Part shown: in pieces, positions 33,919 to 42,537 of the stretch
Layout of the letters: each line of letters begins with the position of its first letter
How positions within the stretch are numbered: the first letter of the stretch is position 1
The notes under the pieces: generated by a model
The model's database searches: none
The model's input: only the letters and a program-made list of their open reading frames with translations
What the model was told of the DNA's origin: nothing
Source: an uncultured beta proteobacterium
Lineage (GTDB): Bacteria > Pseudomonadota > Gammaproteobacteria > Burkholderiales > Burkholderiaceae_C
DNA length: 64,000 bases
Assembly: GCA_903876735.1 (NCBI GenBank)
Contig: CAIRAW010000038.1
Coordinates: 94,932 to 158,931 of the forward strand
Reading direction: 5' to 3'
Translations under genes and position numbers: made by a program

Positions 33919-34718
33919 ACAGCGTCGCCCGTGGTGCGGCGCCAGAGAAAGCTGGCGATGTGTTCGCCCGGCAAGCTCGGCACGGATTGACCGGCAAGTT
34001 CATCCTGTTTGGCGGCACGGCCCGTGATGTTGAGCAGGCAGCCACAGTCGGCGCTGACGACACGCTCGGCGCCGGTGGCGCGCAGGGCGGCAACCTTGTC
34101 GGTCACGATGGCCTGCGAGATGTCGGGGTAGCGCATGGCAAAGGTGCCGCCAAAACCGCAGCATTCTTCGATGCGCGCCTGCTCCACCACCTTGATCTGC
34201 GCCATGCTTGCCAGCAGCGCGACGCTGGTCTCGTGCGAGCCCATCTCGCGCCGGGCGTGACACGAGGTGTGCAGCGCAATCGTGCTGGCCGGACCCAGAT
34301 CGGGCTGGCTGAAGTTGACCACGTGCACCAGAAACTCAGTCAGTTCAAAAACCCGCTCGGCCAGGTCAACCGCCTGGGCGTGCAGCACCGGATCGTCGGC
34401 GAACAGTTTGGGGTAATGCTGGTGCATCATGCCGCCGCAGGAGCCCGATGGCACCACCACCGGCCAGGGCTGCGTGAACAACTTGAGCTGCTGCAGGGCG
34501 ACGGCACGCGCCTCGTCCGGGAAACCACTGCTGTGCGCAGGCTGGCCGCAGCAGGTCTGCTGCTCCAGGTAATGCACGCGAATGCCCTCGCGCTCGAGCA
34601 GGCGCACGGTGTCCAGGCCAGCCTGGGGCTCGAACTGATCAACCAGGCAGGTGGCAAACAGATAGACGTCAGTCGGTTTGACCGGGTAGCGCCGGCTACC
34701 GGGCGTTGCAAAACTCAC
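33915..34718 (-). CDS. lutA: Lactate utilization protein A (LutA/LldE), CCG-domain Fe-S oxidoreductase
   Basis: ..DVYLFATCLVDQF.., QTCCGQPA and ECCGFGGTF (two CCG domains). The GTG at 34718 has a GGAGA RBS 6 nt upstream and is preferred over the TTG at 34748. Confidence 0.9.
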   Translation of the reverse strand: MSFATPGSRRYPVKPTDVYLFATCLVDQFEPQAGLDTVRLLEREGIRVHYLEQQTCCGQPAHSSGFPDEARAVALQQLKLFTQPWPVVVPSGSCGGMMHQHYPKLFADDPVLHAQAVDLAERVFELTEFLVHVVNFSQPDLGPASTIALHTSCHARREMGSHETSVALLASMAQIKVVEQARIEECCGFGGTFAMRYPDISQAIVTDKVAALRATGAERVVSADCGCLLNITGRAAKQDELAGQSVPSLPGEHIASFLWRRTTGDAV

Positions 34719-34755
34719 AGTTTGTCTCCTCGAGTGCGAACAACTCAATTTGGTA

Positions 34756-34772
34756 AATTGGTATTACCAATT
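34756..34772. promoter_or_regulatory. FadR/LldR-type operator 1 (lutA promoter side)
   Basis: AATTGGTATTACCAATT is a perfect 8+1+8 palindrome with the TGGT-N3-ACCA core typical of FadR-subfamily GntR regulators. It lies 38 nt upstream of the lutA GTG. Confidence 0.55.
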
Positions 34773-34866
34773 ACTCGGGAGTTTAAATAGGAGAATCAGT
34801 GAGGTAAATCGGGGTTTACCCGAGATTGAGTCAAACAAATTAGGGAAAGATGTACTATCATAGAAG

Positions 34867-34877
34867 TGGTATTACCA
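34867..34877. promoter_or_regulatory. FadR/LldR-type operator 2 (lldR promoter side)
   Basis: A second identical TGGTATTACCA core sits just downstream of a TACTAT -10-like hexamer and 13 nt upstream of the lldR ATG. This suggests autoregulation. Confidence 0.5.
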
Positions 34878-34889
34878 ATTTCGAACACC

Positions 34890-35672
34890 ATGTCCACGCT
34901 TCGCCCCACCGCCATCCGCTTGGCTGATACCGTCGCCGCCGAACTTGAGAAGCGCATGCTTGAAGGCTCGCTGAAACCGGGTGACCGCCTGCCGGCTGAG
35001 CGTACGCTGGCGCTGGACTTGGGGGTGTCGCGCCCCTGCCTGCGCGAAGCCATGCAAAAACTGGTTTCGAAAGGTCTGCTGACCACGCGTCACGGTGGCG
35101 GCACCCATGTGACGGACCGGCTGGAGGCGCATTTCGTCGATCCCTGGCAGGACATGCTCAAAGGTCACCCTTTGCTGCACCGGGATCTGCTCGAATTCAG
35201 GCAGATGCTGGAAAGCCAGGCCGCAGCACTGGCAGCGGACCGCGCCACCGACGCTGATCTGGCACGGCTAGACGCCGTCCATGCCACCCTGGAAGCCACC
35301 TACAACAATGACGATCTGGCCGCCTGCATCGACGCCGACGTGGCGTTTCACCAGGCCATTGCCGAGGCCGCCCACAATGTGCTGATCGGCCATCTGACCG
35401 CGAGCCTGATGCGCGTGATCCATGGCCACGTCGCCGGCAACCTCGAACACCTGCACGCGCGACCGCAGCGCTGGAACCAGCTGCGCGCCCAGCATCAGGC
35501 GATCTGGCTGGCGATCCGTGAGCGCAACCCGGAAGCCGCTGCACAGGCCGCGCGCAATCACGTCGAGTTTGTGCGCCAGAACATCGATGACAGCGCGCTG
35601 GCCGAAGCGCGCCGCCTGAGCGCCTTGCGGCGCCTTGGCGAATCCGGTGACGGCGTCAGCACAGCCCCCTGA
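34890..35672 (+). CDS. lldR: GntR/FadR-family regulator, LldR/PdhR-like
   Basis: wHTH ..LPAERTLALDLGVSRPCLREAMQKLVSKGLL.. plus an FCD C-terminal domain. Divergent from the lut operon. The ATG at 34890 is preferred because the track GTG at 34866 lies inside operator 2. Confidence 0.85.
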   Translation: MSTLRPTAIRLADTVAAELEKRMLEGSLKPGDRLPAERTLALDLGVSRPCLREAMQKLVSKGLLTTRHGGGTHVTDRLEAHFVDPWQDMLKGHPLLHRDLLEFRQMLESQAAALAADRATDADLARLDAVHATLEATYNNDDLAACIDADVAFHQAIAEAAHNVLIGHLTASLMRVIHGHVAGNLEHLHARPQRWNQLRAQHQAIWLAIRERNPEAAAQAARNHVEFVRQNIDDSALAEARRLSALRRLGESGDGVSTAP

Positions 35673-35709
35673 ACCCTGCCGGCTTTGCTGGCCCAAGCAC
35701 CCCGGGGGC

Positions 35710-36312
35710 TCAAGTTTTCGACCCGGCCGCCATCAGTGCGCGCCGCTCGCGCGTCATGCGCACCGTGTGTTGTGCGAGTTTGTCGTACAGGGTCATCGCA
35801 GTCTCGGTCAGCGTGCGGGTCGCACCCGCCATCTCGTCATCTGCCAGTTTCTTCGCCTGCTCCAGCGAACACCCGCTCGAAAAAGCAAGCACAACCTTGG
35901 CCATGCGCTTATCCGACTCGATGATGTGCAGCGCGATCCATTGCGTCAAAAAAGTGACAATGCTCTCAAGCACCTCATCAAAGGGCTTGAAATCTTCCTC
36001 GGCTTTGAGCCGGATGACTTGGTCCACGAAATCGTCGTGCGCTCGCAGATGACTGATTTCCCAGGAATCACCCTGAAAGTGCCGGCGCCATATTTCTTCT
36101 TCTGTATGGAAATGGACAGCAGCATATTCTTTGAGTTCGCCAATCACCTGGTTCAAACCTGGCGCTGCAACCTGAAAGGCAAGATGACTGACAAGCACAT
36201 TGAGCAGGTCAATCAACGTGCGATGCTGCTCGTCAATCAATGCGATTCCGGTGGAAAAAACTTCGTTCCAGGGAAAGATTTCAACGGTGTCGGGAATTTT
36301 CGATGATTCCAT
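35710..36312 (-). CDS. Hemerythrin-like (bacteriohemerythrin) protein with C-terminal extension
   Basis: From MESSKIPDTVEIFPWNEVFSTGIALIDEQHRTLIDLLN.. with later HFHTEEE and WIALHIIESD blocks (hemerythrin His/Glu/Asp ligand pattern). The track ORF (to 36489) has an implausible Arg/Trp-rich 59-aa leader, so I used the internal ATG at 36312. Confidence 0.8.
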   Translation of the reverse strand: MESSKIPDTVEIFPWNEVFSTGIALIDEQHRTLIDLLNVLVSHLAFQVAAPGLNQVIGELKEYAAVHFHTEEEIWRRHFQGDSWEISHLRAHDDFVDQVIRLKAEEDFKPFDEVLESIVTFLTQWIALHIIESDKRMAKVVLAFSSGCSLEQAKKLADDEMAGATRTLTETAMTLYDKLAQHTVRMTRERRALMAAGSKT

Positions 36313-36519
36313 CGGACCAATGGTATAGCAAGTCCAGCCCAATCCAGTCCACTCGGGGCCCGAATCCCGGCGACCCAGCGGGCACGCGCCGCCAGCAGAT
36401 CGCCGCGCAGGCCAACGACATGGAAAGCGCCTGCCAAGCCGGATCACTTTGTCGTAAAGTGCTTGCTTTTGCCAGAGCGGCGTGAGCAAGCCACTTATTT
36501 ATTCCAGAAGGACCTTGAC

Positions 36520-37305
36520 ATGCAAGCAGCCAAGCCCATTGAACTGCACGGCCAACCCGTTGCGGGCGGCAAATTCCCGCTGATCTGCACGCCGCTGGTT
36601 GGCCGGACGCGGGAGTTGATCCTGGGCGAAGTGGACGCCGTACTGGCGAAAAAGCCCGACGTGCTGGAGTGGCGCGTTGACTTCTTTGACGGCATCGCCA
36701 ACGCCGCCGATGTGGTCAGCGTGGCTGGTGCCATCAAGACACTGACGGGCGGCGTTCCGTTGCTGTTCACGCGGCGCTCGATCCACGAGGGCGGCGAGAA
36801 GATTGCGCTTTCCGAAGAACAGGTCATCGCGCTGTATCAGGCGGTGTGTGCGAGCGGCCAGATCGACCTGATCGACTTCGAGATGGGCAACGACCCGGTG
36901 CACATTGCGCAGGTGCGCGAAGCGGCCAGGGCCAACGACATCAAGCTGATCCTGTCGTTCCACAATTTTTCGTTCACGCCGAGCCTGGAAATCCTGAGCC
37001 AGCGCTTTTTGCAGGCCGATGAGCTTGGCGCCGACATCGCCAAGGTGGCGGTCATGCCGCGCAATCTGGAGGACGTGCTCACCTTGCTCAGCGCCACGCT
37101 GGCGGCCAGTCAGAAACTGCGCATTCCCCTGATCAGCATGTCGATGGGGCCCTATGGGTCGCTGACGCGGCTGTTCGGCTGGACCTTCGGCTCGGCCCTG
37201 ACCTTCGCCGTCGGCGCCAGCAGTTCGGCCCCGGGCCAGGTTCCGATCGAGGACCTGAACACGGTGCTGACCATCGTGCAAAAGTCGATCGCCGGCGCGA
37301 AGTAG
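36520..37305 (+). CDS. aroD: 3-dehydroquinate dehydratase, type I
   Basis: ..FPLICTPLVGRT..LEWRVDFF.., ..ILSFHNF.. (catalytic His region) and ..ADIAKVAVMP.. (Schiff-base Lys region). The start is the ATG at 36520. Confidence 0.85.
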   Translation: MQAAKPIELHGQPVAGGKFPLICTPLVGRTRELILGEVDAVLAKKPDVLEWRVDFFDGIANAADVVSVAGAIKTLTGGVPLLFTRRSIHEGGEKIALSEEQVIALYQAVCASGQIDLIDFEMGNDPVHIAQVREAARANDIKLILSFHNFSFTPSLEILSQRFLQADELGADIAKVAVMPRNLEDVLTLLSATLAASQKLRIPLISMSMGPYGSLTRLFGWTFGSALTFAVGASSSAPGQVPIEDLNTVLTIVQKSIAGAK

Positions 37306-37373
37306 CGGGTTCTTCCGCAACGCAGACGGCAGCTACAAGCTGCTCGCCGGCATCCTGCCGGACCCGGCGCGAC

Positions 37374-37431
37374 GCACTGCAATCATTCGATACATTTGGC
37401 CCGAATTGTTGCAACAGTCCGATGGCATTAT
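37374..37431 (+). promoter_or_regulatory. 58-nt conserved upstream element, copy 1 (before satP)
   Basis: gcactgcaatcattcgatacatttggcccgaattgttgcaacagtccgatggcattat is identical at 50 of 58 positions, ungapped, to 43298-43355. It contains ATTCG-N12-CGAAT and a CATTAT hexamer 17 nt after GAATTG. Confidence 0.6.
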
Positions 37432-37548
37432 TCCGTTGCGAATGGATGCCAACTTGCCGGTACCGACCCGTCCCCAGGCCTGGTTCGGTACCGACGCTGA
37501 TCGGCTCACTTTTGCCCTGTTCTCCTCCCTCCAACAGAAAGTATTTGA

Positions 37549-38124
37549 ATGTCTGCATCCAACGGCGCCCTCGCCAACCCTGCACCCCTTGGTCTTCTTG
37601 GCTTTGGCATGACAACCGTTCTGCTCAATGTGCACAACGCGGGCTTTTTCCCGATGACGAGCATGGTCCTGGCGATGGGCATCTTCTACGGCGGCATTGC
37701 GCAACTGATCGCTGGCATCGAGGAATGGAGGGTCGGCAACACCTTCGGCGCCACCGCCTTTACCTCCTACGGCTGCTTCTGGCTGACCTTTGTTGCTATC
37801 GGAGCCCTTCCCAAACTCGGCTTTGCGGCGGACAACGGCACGTCAATGACGGCGTACCTGGTGGTCTGGGGCATTTTTACGCTGTTCATGTTCATCGGCA
37901 CCTTGCGGCTCAACCGCACCCTGCAGCTCATCTTCGGCTCGGCTTTCATCCTGTTTTGCATGCTGGCCTACGGCAAGGCCAGCGGCAATGAAGAGGTGAT
38001 TCGTATCGCCGGCTATGAAGGCATCTTCTGCGGCGCCTCGGCCATGTATGGCGGGCTGGCGCAGATCCTGAACGAACTCTACGGTCGGGTCGTCATGCCC
38101 TTGGGTGTGCGCAAGGCCGCTTGA
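37549..38124 (+). CDS. satP: GPR1/FUN34/YaaH-family acetate/succinate channel (SatP-like)
   Basis: 191 aa. The family signature [14 protein letters not shown] lies at the N-terminus, on a six-TM pattern. Confidence 0.9.
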   Translation: MSASNGALANPAPLGLLGFGMTTVLLNVHNAGFFPMTSMVLAMGIFYGGIAQLIAGIEEWRVGNTFGATAFTSYGCFWLTFVAIGALPKLGFAADNGTSMTAYLVVWGIFTLFMFIGTLRLNRTLQLIFGSAFILFCMLAYGKASGNEEVIRIAGYEGIFCGASAMYGGLAQILNELYGRVVMPLGVRKAA

Positions 38125-38242
38125 GCCAGGTCAGTGGTCGTGCGCTTCTGTAAGCCGGCGGCAGGCGTAAGGGTTTACGATCAGCGGTTGCTGAGTTCAA
38201 GCAACCTGGCAGGCGACATATATTTACCTTAGGAGATTTCTG

Positions 38243-39424
38243 ATGACTAAAGAAGTAGTAGTTTTAAGCGCAGCCCGTTCTGCCATTGGCGCATTCGGCG
38301 GTTCCCTGGCCAACATGGAAGCACCGGAACTGGCTGGCATCGTGATGAAAGAAGCCATTGCCCGCTCTGGCGTCGACCCCAAGCAAATCGGCAACGCAGT
38401 GGTTGGCCACTGCATTCCGACCGATTCCCGCTACGCCTACGTTTCGCGCGTCGCCTCGATCCAGGCCGGGCTGCCAATGGACTCGATCGCCATGCAGGTC
38501 AGCCGTTTGTGCTCCTCCGGGCTGCAAGGCATCGTGACGGCGGCCCAAAGCATCATGCTCGGTGATTTCGAGTATGGCATCGGCGGCGGCGTTGAAGTCA
38601 TGTCGCGCGGTAGCTACATGATGCCGGCCTTGCGTTCAGGCGCCCGCATGGGTGACACCAAGGCGATCGACATGATGGTCGCAGTGCTGACCGACCCGTT
38701 TGGTGTCGGCCACATGGGCCTCACCGCCGAAAACCTCGCCGTCAAGTGGAACATCAGTCGCGAAGAGCAGGATGCTTTTGCCTGCGAATCACAGCGCCGT
38801 GCCGCTGTGGCGATTGCCGAAGGCCGTTTCAAGTCCCAGATCGTCCCGATCGTCCAGCAAACGCGCAAGGGTGAAGTCGTGTTTGAGGTTGATGAACACG
38901 GCAAGGCCAATACCACCATGGAATCGCTGGCCAAGATGAAGCCGGCCTTCAAGAAGGACGGAACCGTCACCGCCGGAAATGCATCGGGCATCAACGATGG
39001 CGCAGCCTTCTTCGTGCTCGCAGCTGCCGACGCGGCCGCCAAAGCAGGTCAAAAACCGATCGCCCGCATCGTTTCTTACGCCGTTGCCGGCGTGCCCAAC
39101 GAAATCATGGGTGAAGGACCTATTCCCGCGACCAAACTGGCGCTCAAGAAGGCCGGCCTGACGCTTGACCAGATCGACGTCATCGAAGCCAATGAAGCAT
39201 TTGCTGCACAGGCCATTGCCGTCAACAAGGGACTCGGACTCGATCCGGCCAAGACCAACCCCAATGGCGGCGCCATTGCGCTGGGTCACCCCGTCGGTTG
39301 CTCTGGCGCTTTCATCGCGACCAAAGCGGTCTATGAACTGCAACGCACCGGCGGCAAATACGCACTGGCCACCATGTGCATTGGCGGCGGTCAGGGTATT
39401 GCCGTGATTTTCGAACGCATCTGA
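38243..39424 (+). CDS. Acetyl-CoA C-acetyltransferase (thiolase II)
   Basis: 393 aa. MTKEVVVLSAARSAIGAFGGSL, active-site Cys region VSRLCSSGLQ, and C-terminal NPNGGAIALGHPVGCSG / CIGGGQGIAVIFE. Confidence 0.95.
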   Translation: MTKEVVVLSAARSAIGAFGGSLANMEAPELAGIVMKEAIARSGVDPKQIGNAVVGHCIPTDSRYAYVSRVASIQAGLPMDSIAMQVSRLCSSGLQGIVTAAQSIMLGDFEYGIGGGVEVMSRGSYMMPALRSGARMGDTKAIDMMVAVLTDPFGVGHMGLTAENLAVKWNISREEQDAFACESQRRAAVAIAEGRFKSQIVPIVQQTRKGEVVFEVDEHGKANTTMESLAKMKPAFKKDGTVTAGNASGINDGAAFFVLAAADAAAKAGQKPIARIVSYAVAGVPNEIMGEGPIPATKLALKKAGLTLDQIDVIEANEAFAAQAIAVNKGLGLDPAKTNPNGGAIALGHPVGCSGAFIATKAVYELQRTGGKYALATMCIGGGQGIAVIFERI

Positions 39425-39442
39425 TTGCGGCTGTCACGCAAA

Positions 39443-39484
39443 CGCGCCCCTGCCACGGTGGCAGGCGCGTTTGACCTTTTGTCT
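39443..39484 (+). terminator. GC-rich hairpin plus T-tract between thiolase and hbd (terminator/attenuator candidate)
   Basis: CGCGCCCCTGCCA-cgg-TGGCAGGCGCG forms 7 bp, a 1x1 mismatch, then 3 bp. It is followed by TTTGACCTTTTGTCTT. Confidence 0.5.
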
Positions 39485-39499
39485 TAATGGAGTTTCAAG

Positions 39500-40348
39500 A
39501 TGGAAATTAGTACTGTTGGCATCATCGGCGCGGGCACCATGGGTAACGGCATCGCACAGGCTTGCGCCGTGTCGGGCATCAAGGTTGTCATGGTCGATAT
39601 TTCGGATGCCGCCGTGGCCAAGGGCATCGCCACCGTGGCGGGCAGTCTGGAGCGCCTTCTCAAGAAGGAAAAGATCAGCGCCGCGGAACGCGACGCCGCA
39701 ATCGCGCGCATCAAGGGCAGTACCAGCTATGAAGACCTGAAATCGGCCCAGCTCGTGATTGAGGCCGCGACCGAGAACTACGAGCTCAAGCTCAAGATCC
39801 TCAAGCAGGCCGATGCCATCCTGGCGCCAGAAGTGATCATTGCCTCCAATACCTCTTCCATTTCCATCACCAAGCTGGCGGCCGCCACCAGCCGCGCCGA
39901 GCGCTTCATCGGCATGCACTTCTTCAACCCGGTGCCGATGATGGCGCTGGTCGAGATCATCCGCGGCCTGCAGACCAGCGACGCCACGCACGACGCCGTG
40001 CACGCCATGGCCAAGGCCCTGGGCAAGACGCCAATCACCGTCAAGAACGCGCCAGGCTTTGTCGTCAACCGGATCCTGGTGCCGATGATCAACGAAGCCT
40101 TTTTCGTGCTGGCCGAAGGCCTGGCCACGCCACAAGACATCGACGCCGGCATGAAGCTTGGCTGCAACCAGCCGATCGGCCCGCTGGCCCTGGCCGACAT
40201 GGTCGGGCTCGACGTTTGCCTGGCCGTGATGGAAGTCTACCTGAGCGAATTCGGCGACAGCAAGTACCGTGCTTGCCCGCTGCTCAAGGAAATGGTCGCT
40301 GCCGGCCGACTCGGTCGCAAGACCGGGCAAGGTGTTTACAAGTACTAA
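39500..40348 (+). CDS. 3-hydroxybutyryl-CoA / 3-hydroxyacyl-CoA dehydrogenase (NAD-binding)
   Basis: 282 aa. Rossmann motif VGIIGAGTMGNGIAQ, plus ..FIGMHFFNPVPMMALVEI.. and ..GFVVNRILVPMINEA.. (HBD/PaaH family). Confidence 0.95.
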   Translation: MEISTVGIIGAGTMGNGIAQACAVSGIKVVMVDISDAAVAKGIATVAGSLERLLKKEKISAAERDAAIARIKGSTSYEDLKSAQLVIEAATENYELKLKILKQADAILAPEVIIASNTSSISITKLAAATSRAERFIGMHFFNPVPMMALVEIIRGLQTSDATHDAVHAMAKALGKTPITVKNAPGFVVNRILVPMINEAFFVLAEGLATPQDIDAGMKLGCNQPIGPLALADMVGLDVCLAVMEVYLSEFGDSKYRACPLLKEMVAAGRLGRKTGQGVYKY

Positions 40349-40372
40349 GTGGGCATAGCGCGCCTTTTGTTA

Positions 40373-40441
40373 TTGCGAGAAGCGTAGCGACGCGGCAATC
40401 CATGGAGCCCGAAGCCATGGACCGCCGCGCTTCGCTCGCGA
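40373..40441. repeat. REP-like palindromic element (type 2)
   Basis: TTGCGAGAAGCGTAGCGACGCGGCAATCCATGG-agcccgaag-CCATGGACCGCCGCGCTTCGCTCGCGA is an imperfect ~30-nt-arm palindrome in the hbd/kinase intergenic region. Only one copy is seen in this window. Confidence 0.6.
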
Positions 40442-40506
40442 TGACGAAAGGACGTGTCTTGCATTCCGCAAAAGATCAATAGAATCACCTCCCGCGTTTG
40501 AATTTG

Positions 40507-42537
40507 ATGCCGACTGAGCTCTCCAGCAAGTCCTCGCAGACCCAGTACCAGCACGAATTTCTTCAGGCCGGGCTGGACCGGATCGACCAGGGCTTGACCG
40601 TTATCGATGGCGATCTGCGCATCGTGGCGTGGAACAAGGCCTTTTTGCGCTTGCTGGATTTCCCGGAAGACCTGGTGTATGTCGGTGCGCCGCTGGAGTC
40701 GCTCATCCGCTACAACGCCGAACGCGGCGAATATGGGCCGGGTGACGTCGAAGCGCTGATTGCCGAGCGCAGGCAGTTGGCCCGAAGTTTTGTATCGCAC
40801 TACACCGAACTGGTCCGCCCGGGCGGCCAGATTCTGGCTGTTCGCGGCGAACCTCTGCCCCACAACGGCTTTGTAACCCTTTACACCGACATCAGCGCCA
40901 GCCGGCGTGTTGAGCAGCAGATCCAGCAGCACAATGCCGAACTGGAGGCCCGTGTCGTCCAGCGGACCAGTGAGTTGGAGGCGGCGCACCAGCAACTGAC
41001 CGAAGCGGACGCCGTCACGCAGCGCATCACCACGGCCTTGCGCTGCAGCGAAGAAAATTTGCGCCTGATCACCGACACCGTGCCGGCGCTGATTGGCTAC
41101 TTCGACAAGCAGGAAATCTATACCTACGTCAACAAGGTCTATTCCGACTGGTTTGGGTTCAGCAAGGACGAAATGGTCGGCCGCTCGATCCGTGATGTAG
41201 CGGGCGACGAGGTTTATGCCAGTGTCGCAGACTATGTGAAACAGGCGCTGCAGGGGCAGCGGGTCAGCTACGAATACGCCATGCGCCGGCCCACCGGGCA
41301 GGTGTTCCATGCGCGCAGCGAATTGGTGCCCGAGATGGACGCCGATGGCGCCGTGGCCGGCTGTTTTGTGTTGTCGGTCAATATCACCGACCTCAAGAAT
41401 GCGCAGTCGGCCCTGGTTCATGCGCAAAAGATGGAGGCGGTCGGACAGTTGACCGGCGGACTTGCGCACGACTTCAACAATTTGCTGACGGTCGTGATTG
41501 GTAATCTGGTGACCCTGCATGAACGTTACCCCAACGATCCTGATATTTGCGAGTTTGTGGTGCCGGCGCTGAAGGCTTCGCGCCGGGGTGCGGCGCTGAT
41601 CAAGCGGCTGCTGGCGTTCGCCTCCAAGCAGCCGCTGACGCCAAGGTCGGTGAGCATTGCAGACCTGGTGGCCGACACCATGGTGCTGCTCAAGCGCACC
41701 TTGCCGGCAAACATCAGCATCACCAGCACCCCCATGAACGAGCCCTTGTTCGCCATGACCGATGCACAGCAGCTTGAGAACGCTCTGCTCAACCTGGCGC
41801 TGAATTCGCGTGATGCCATGCCCGATGGCGGGCAGCTGGCCATTCAGGCGGTGCGCATGAAGTTGGACGCGGCCCAGGTAGCTGATTTTGACGTCACACC
41901 GGGCTGTTACGTGGCCCTGAGCGTTTCCGACACCGGTGCCGGGATGGACCTCGCCACGCAGGCGCGCGCCTCCGATCCGTTCTTCACCACCAAACGCTTC
42001 GGTTTGGGAAGCGGTTTGGGTTTGTCCATGGTCTATGGGTTTGCCAAGCAGTCCGGCGGCGGCATTCGCATCCAGAGCGCGCCAGGCGAAGGCTGCGTCG
42101 TCACGCTGGTTTTGCCCTATGTTTGTGACCCGCTCGAGCCCGCCGCGCTGACCAGCGCGCAGCAGCGATCGGGTCGACGCGCTGCGGAGCACCCCCTGGT
42201 CCTGCTGGTCGAAGACGATCCCGATGTGCGCCGCGTCATCCGCTTGCAACTCGTTGACCTGGGCTACCCGGTGATCGAGGCCGACCATGCGGCCGATGCC
42301 CTGCTGCTACTGGCCACAGTGCCAACTGTGGGCATCCTGATCTCTGACATGGTGATGCCTGGCGGCATGGATGGGCGCACGCTGTGCCGCGAGGCGAGTC
42401 TGAGTGCGCCGGATGTAAAGACTTTGCTGATCAGCGGTTACGCCAGTTCGCCCGAGAGTGCCATCGGTCCGCCGCTGCTGAAAAAGCCATTCACCAGCTT
42501 TGAACTGCAACGGGCCCTTGACGGTTTGATGGCATGA
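40507..42537 (+). CDS. Soluble hybrid sensor histidine kinase (PAS-PAS-HisKA-HATPase-REC)
   Basis: No TM segments are evident. PAS-like N-terminus (..LTVIDGDLRIVAWNKAFLRLLDFPE..), a second PAS (..LRLITDTVPALIGYFDKQEIYTYVN..), H-box GGLAHDFNNLLTVV, ATPase G-boxes (DTGAGMD, GLGSGLGLSMVYG), and a receiver domain (LVLLVEDDPDV..ISDMVMPGGMDG). The ATG at 40507 is preferred over the TTG at 40498. Confidence 0.9.
   Translation: MPTELSSKSSQTQYQHEFLQAGLDRIDQGLTVIDGDLRIVAWNKAFLRLLDFPEDLVYVGAPLESLIRYNAERGEYGPGDVEALIAERRQLARSFVSHYTELVRPGGQILAVRGEPLPHNGFVTLYTDISASRRVEQQIQQHNAELEARVVQRTSELEAAHQQLTEADAVTQRITTALRCSEENLRLITDTVPALIGYFDKQEIYTYVNKVYSDWFGFSKDEMVGRSIRDVAGDEVYASVADYVKQALQGQRVSYEYAMRRPTGQVFHARSELVPEMDADGAVAGCFVLSVNITDLKNAQSALVHAQKMEAVGQLTGGLAHDFNNLLTVVIGNLVTLHERYPNDPDICEFVVPALKASRRGAALIKRLLAFASKQPLTPRSVSIADLVADTMVLLKRTLPANISITSTPMNEPLFAMTDAQQLENALLNLALNSRDAMPDGGQLAIQAVRMKLDAAQVADFDVTPGCYVALSVSDTGAGMDLATQARASDPFFTTKRFGLGSGLGLSMVYGFAKQSGGGIRIQSAPGEGCVVTLVLPYVCDPLEPAALTSAQQRSGRRAAEHPLVLLVEDDPDVRRVIRLQLVDLGYPVIEADHAADALLLLATVPTVGILISDMVMPGGMDGRTLCREASLSAPDVKTLLISGYASSPESAIGPPLLKKPFTSFELQRALDGLMA

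Noticed and set aside
35695-35709. CCCCGGGG palindrome between lldR and the hemerythrin gene, considered as a bidirectional terminator.
   Set aside because: The arms are directly adjacent, so no loop is possible, and there are no flanking T/A tracts.
36313-36489. Long 5' extensions of track ORFs: hemerythrin to 36489, hupE to 49419, CoA-transferase from 46832, hypD from 59111, hypA from 55645, hypB from 56106, hutG from 20864, livG to 12174.
   Set aside because: The extensions overlap upstream genes or promoter DNA and have Arg/Pro/Trp-rich non-protein-like composition. Internal ATG/GTG codons with RBS, or with ATGA coupling, give family-typical N-termini.
37424-37439. TGGCAT..TTGC inside or after copy 1 of the 58-nt element, considered as a sigma-54 promoter.
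   Set aside because: The spacing between GG and GC is 12 nt instead of 10, and copy 2 lacks the TTGC.
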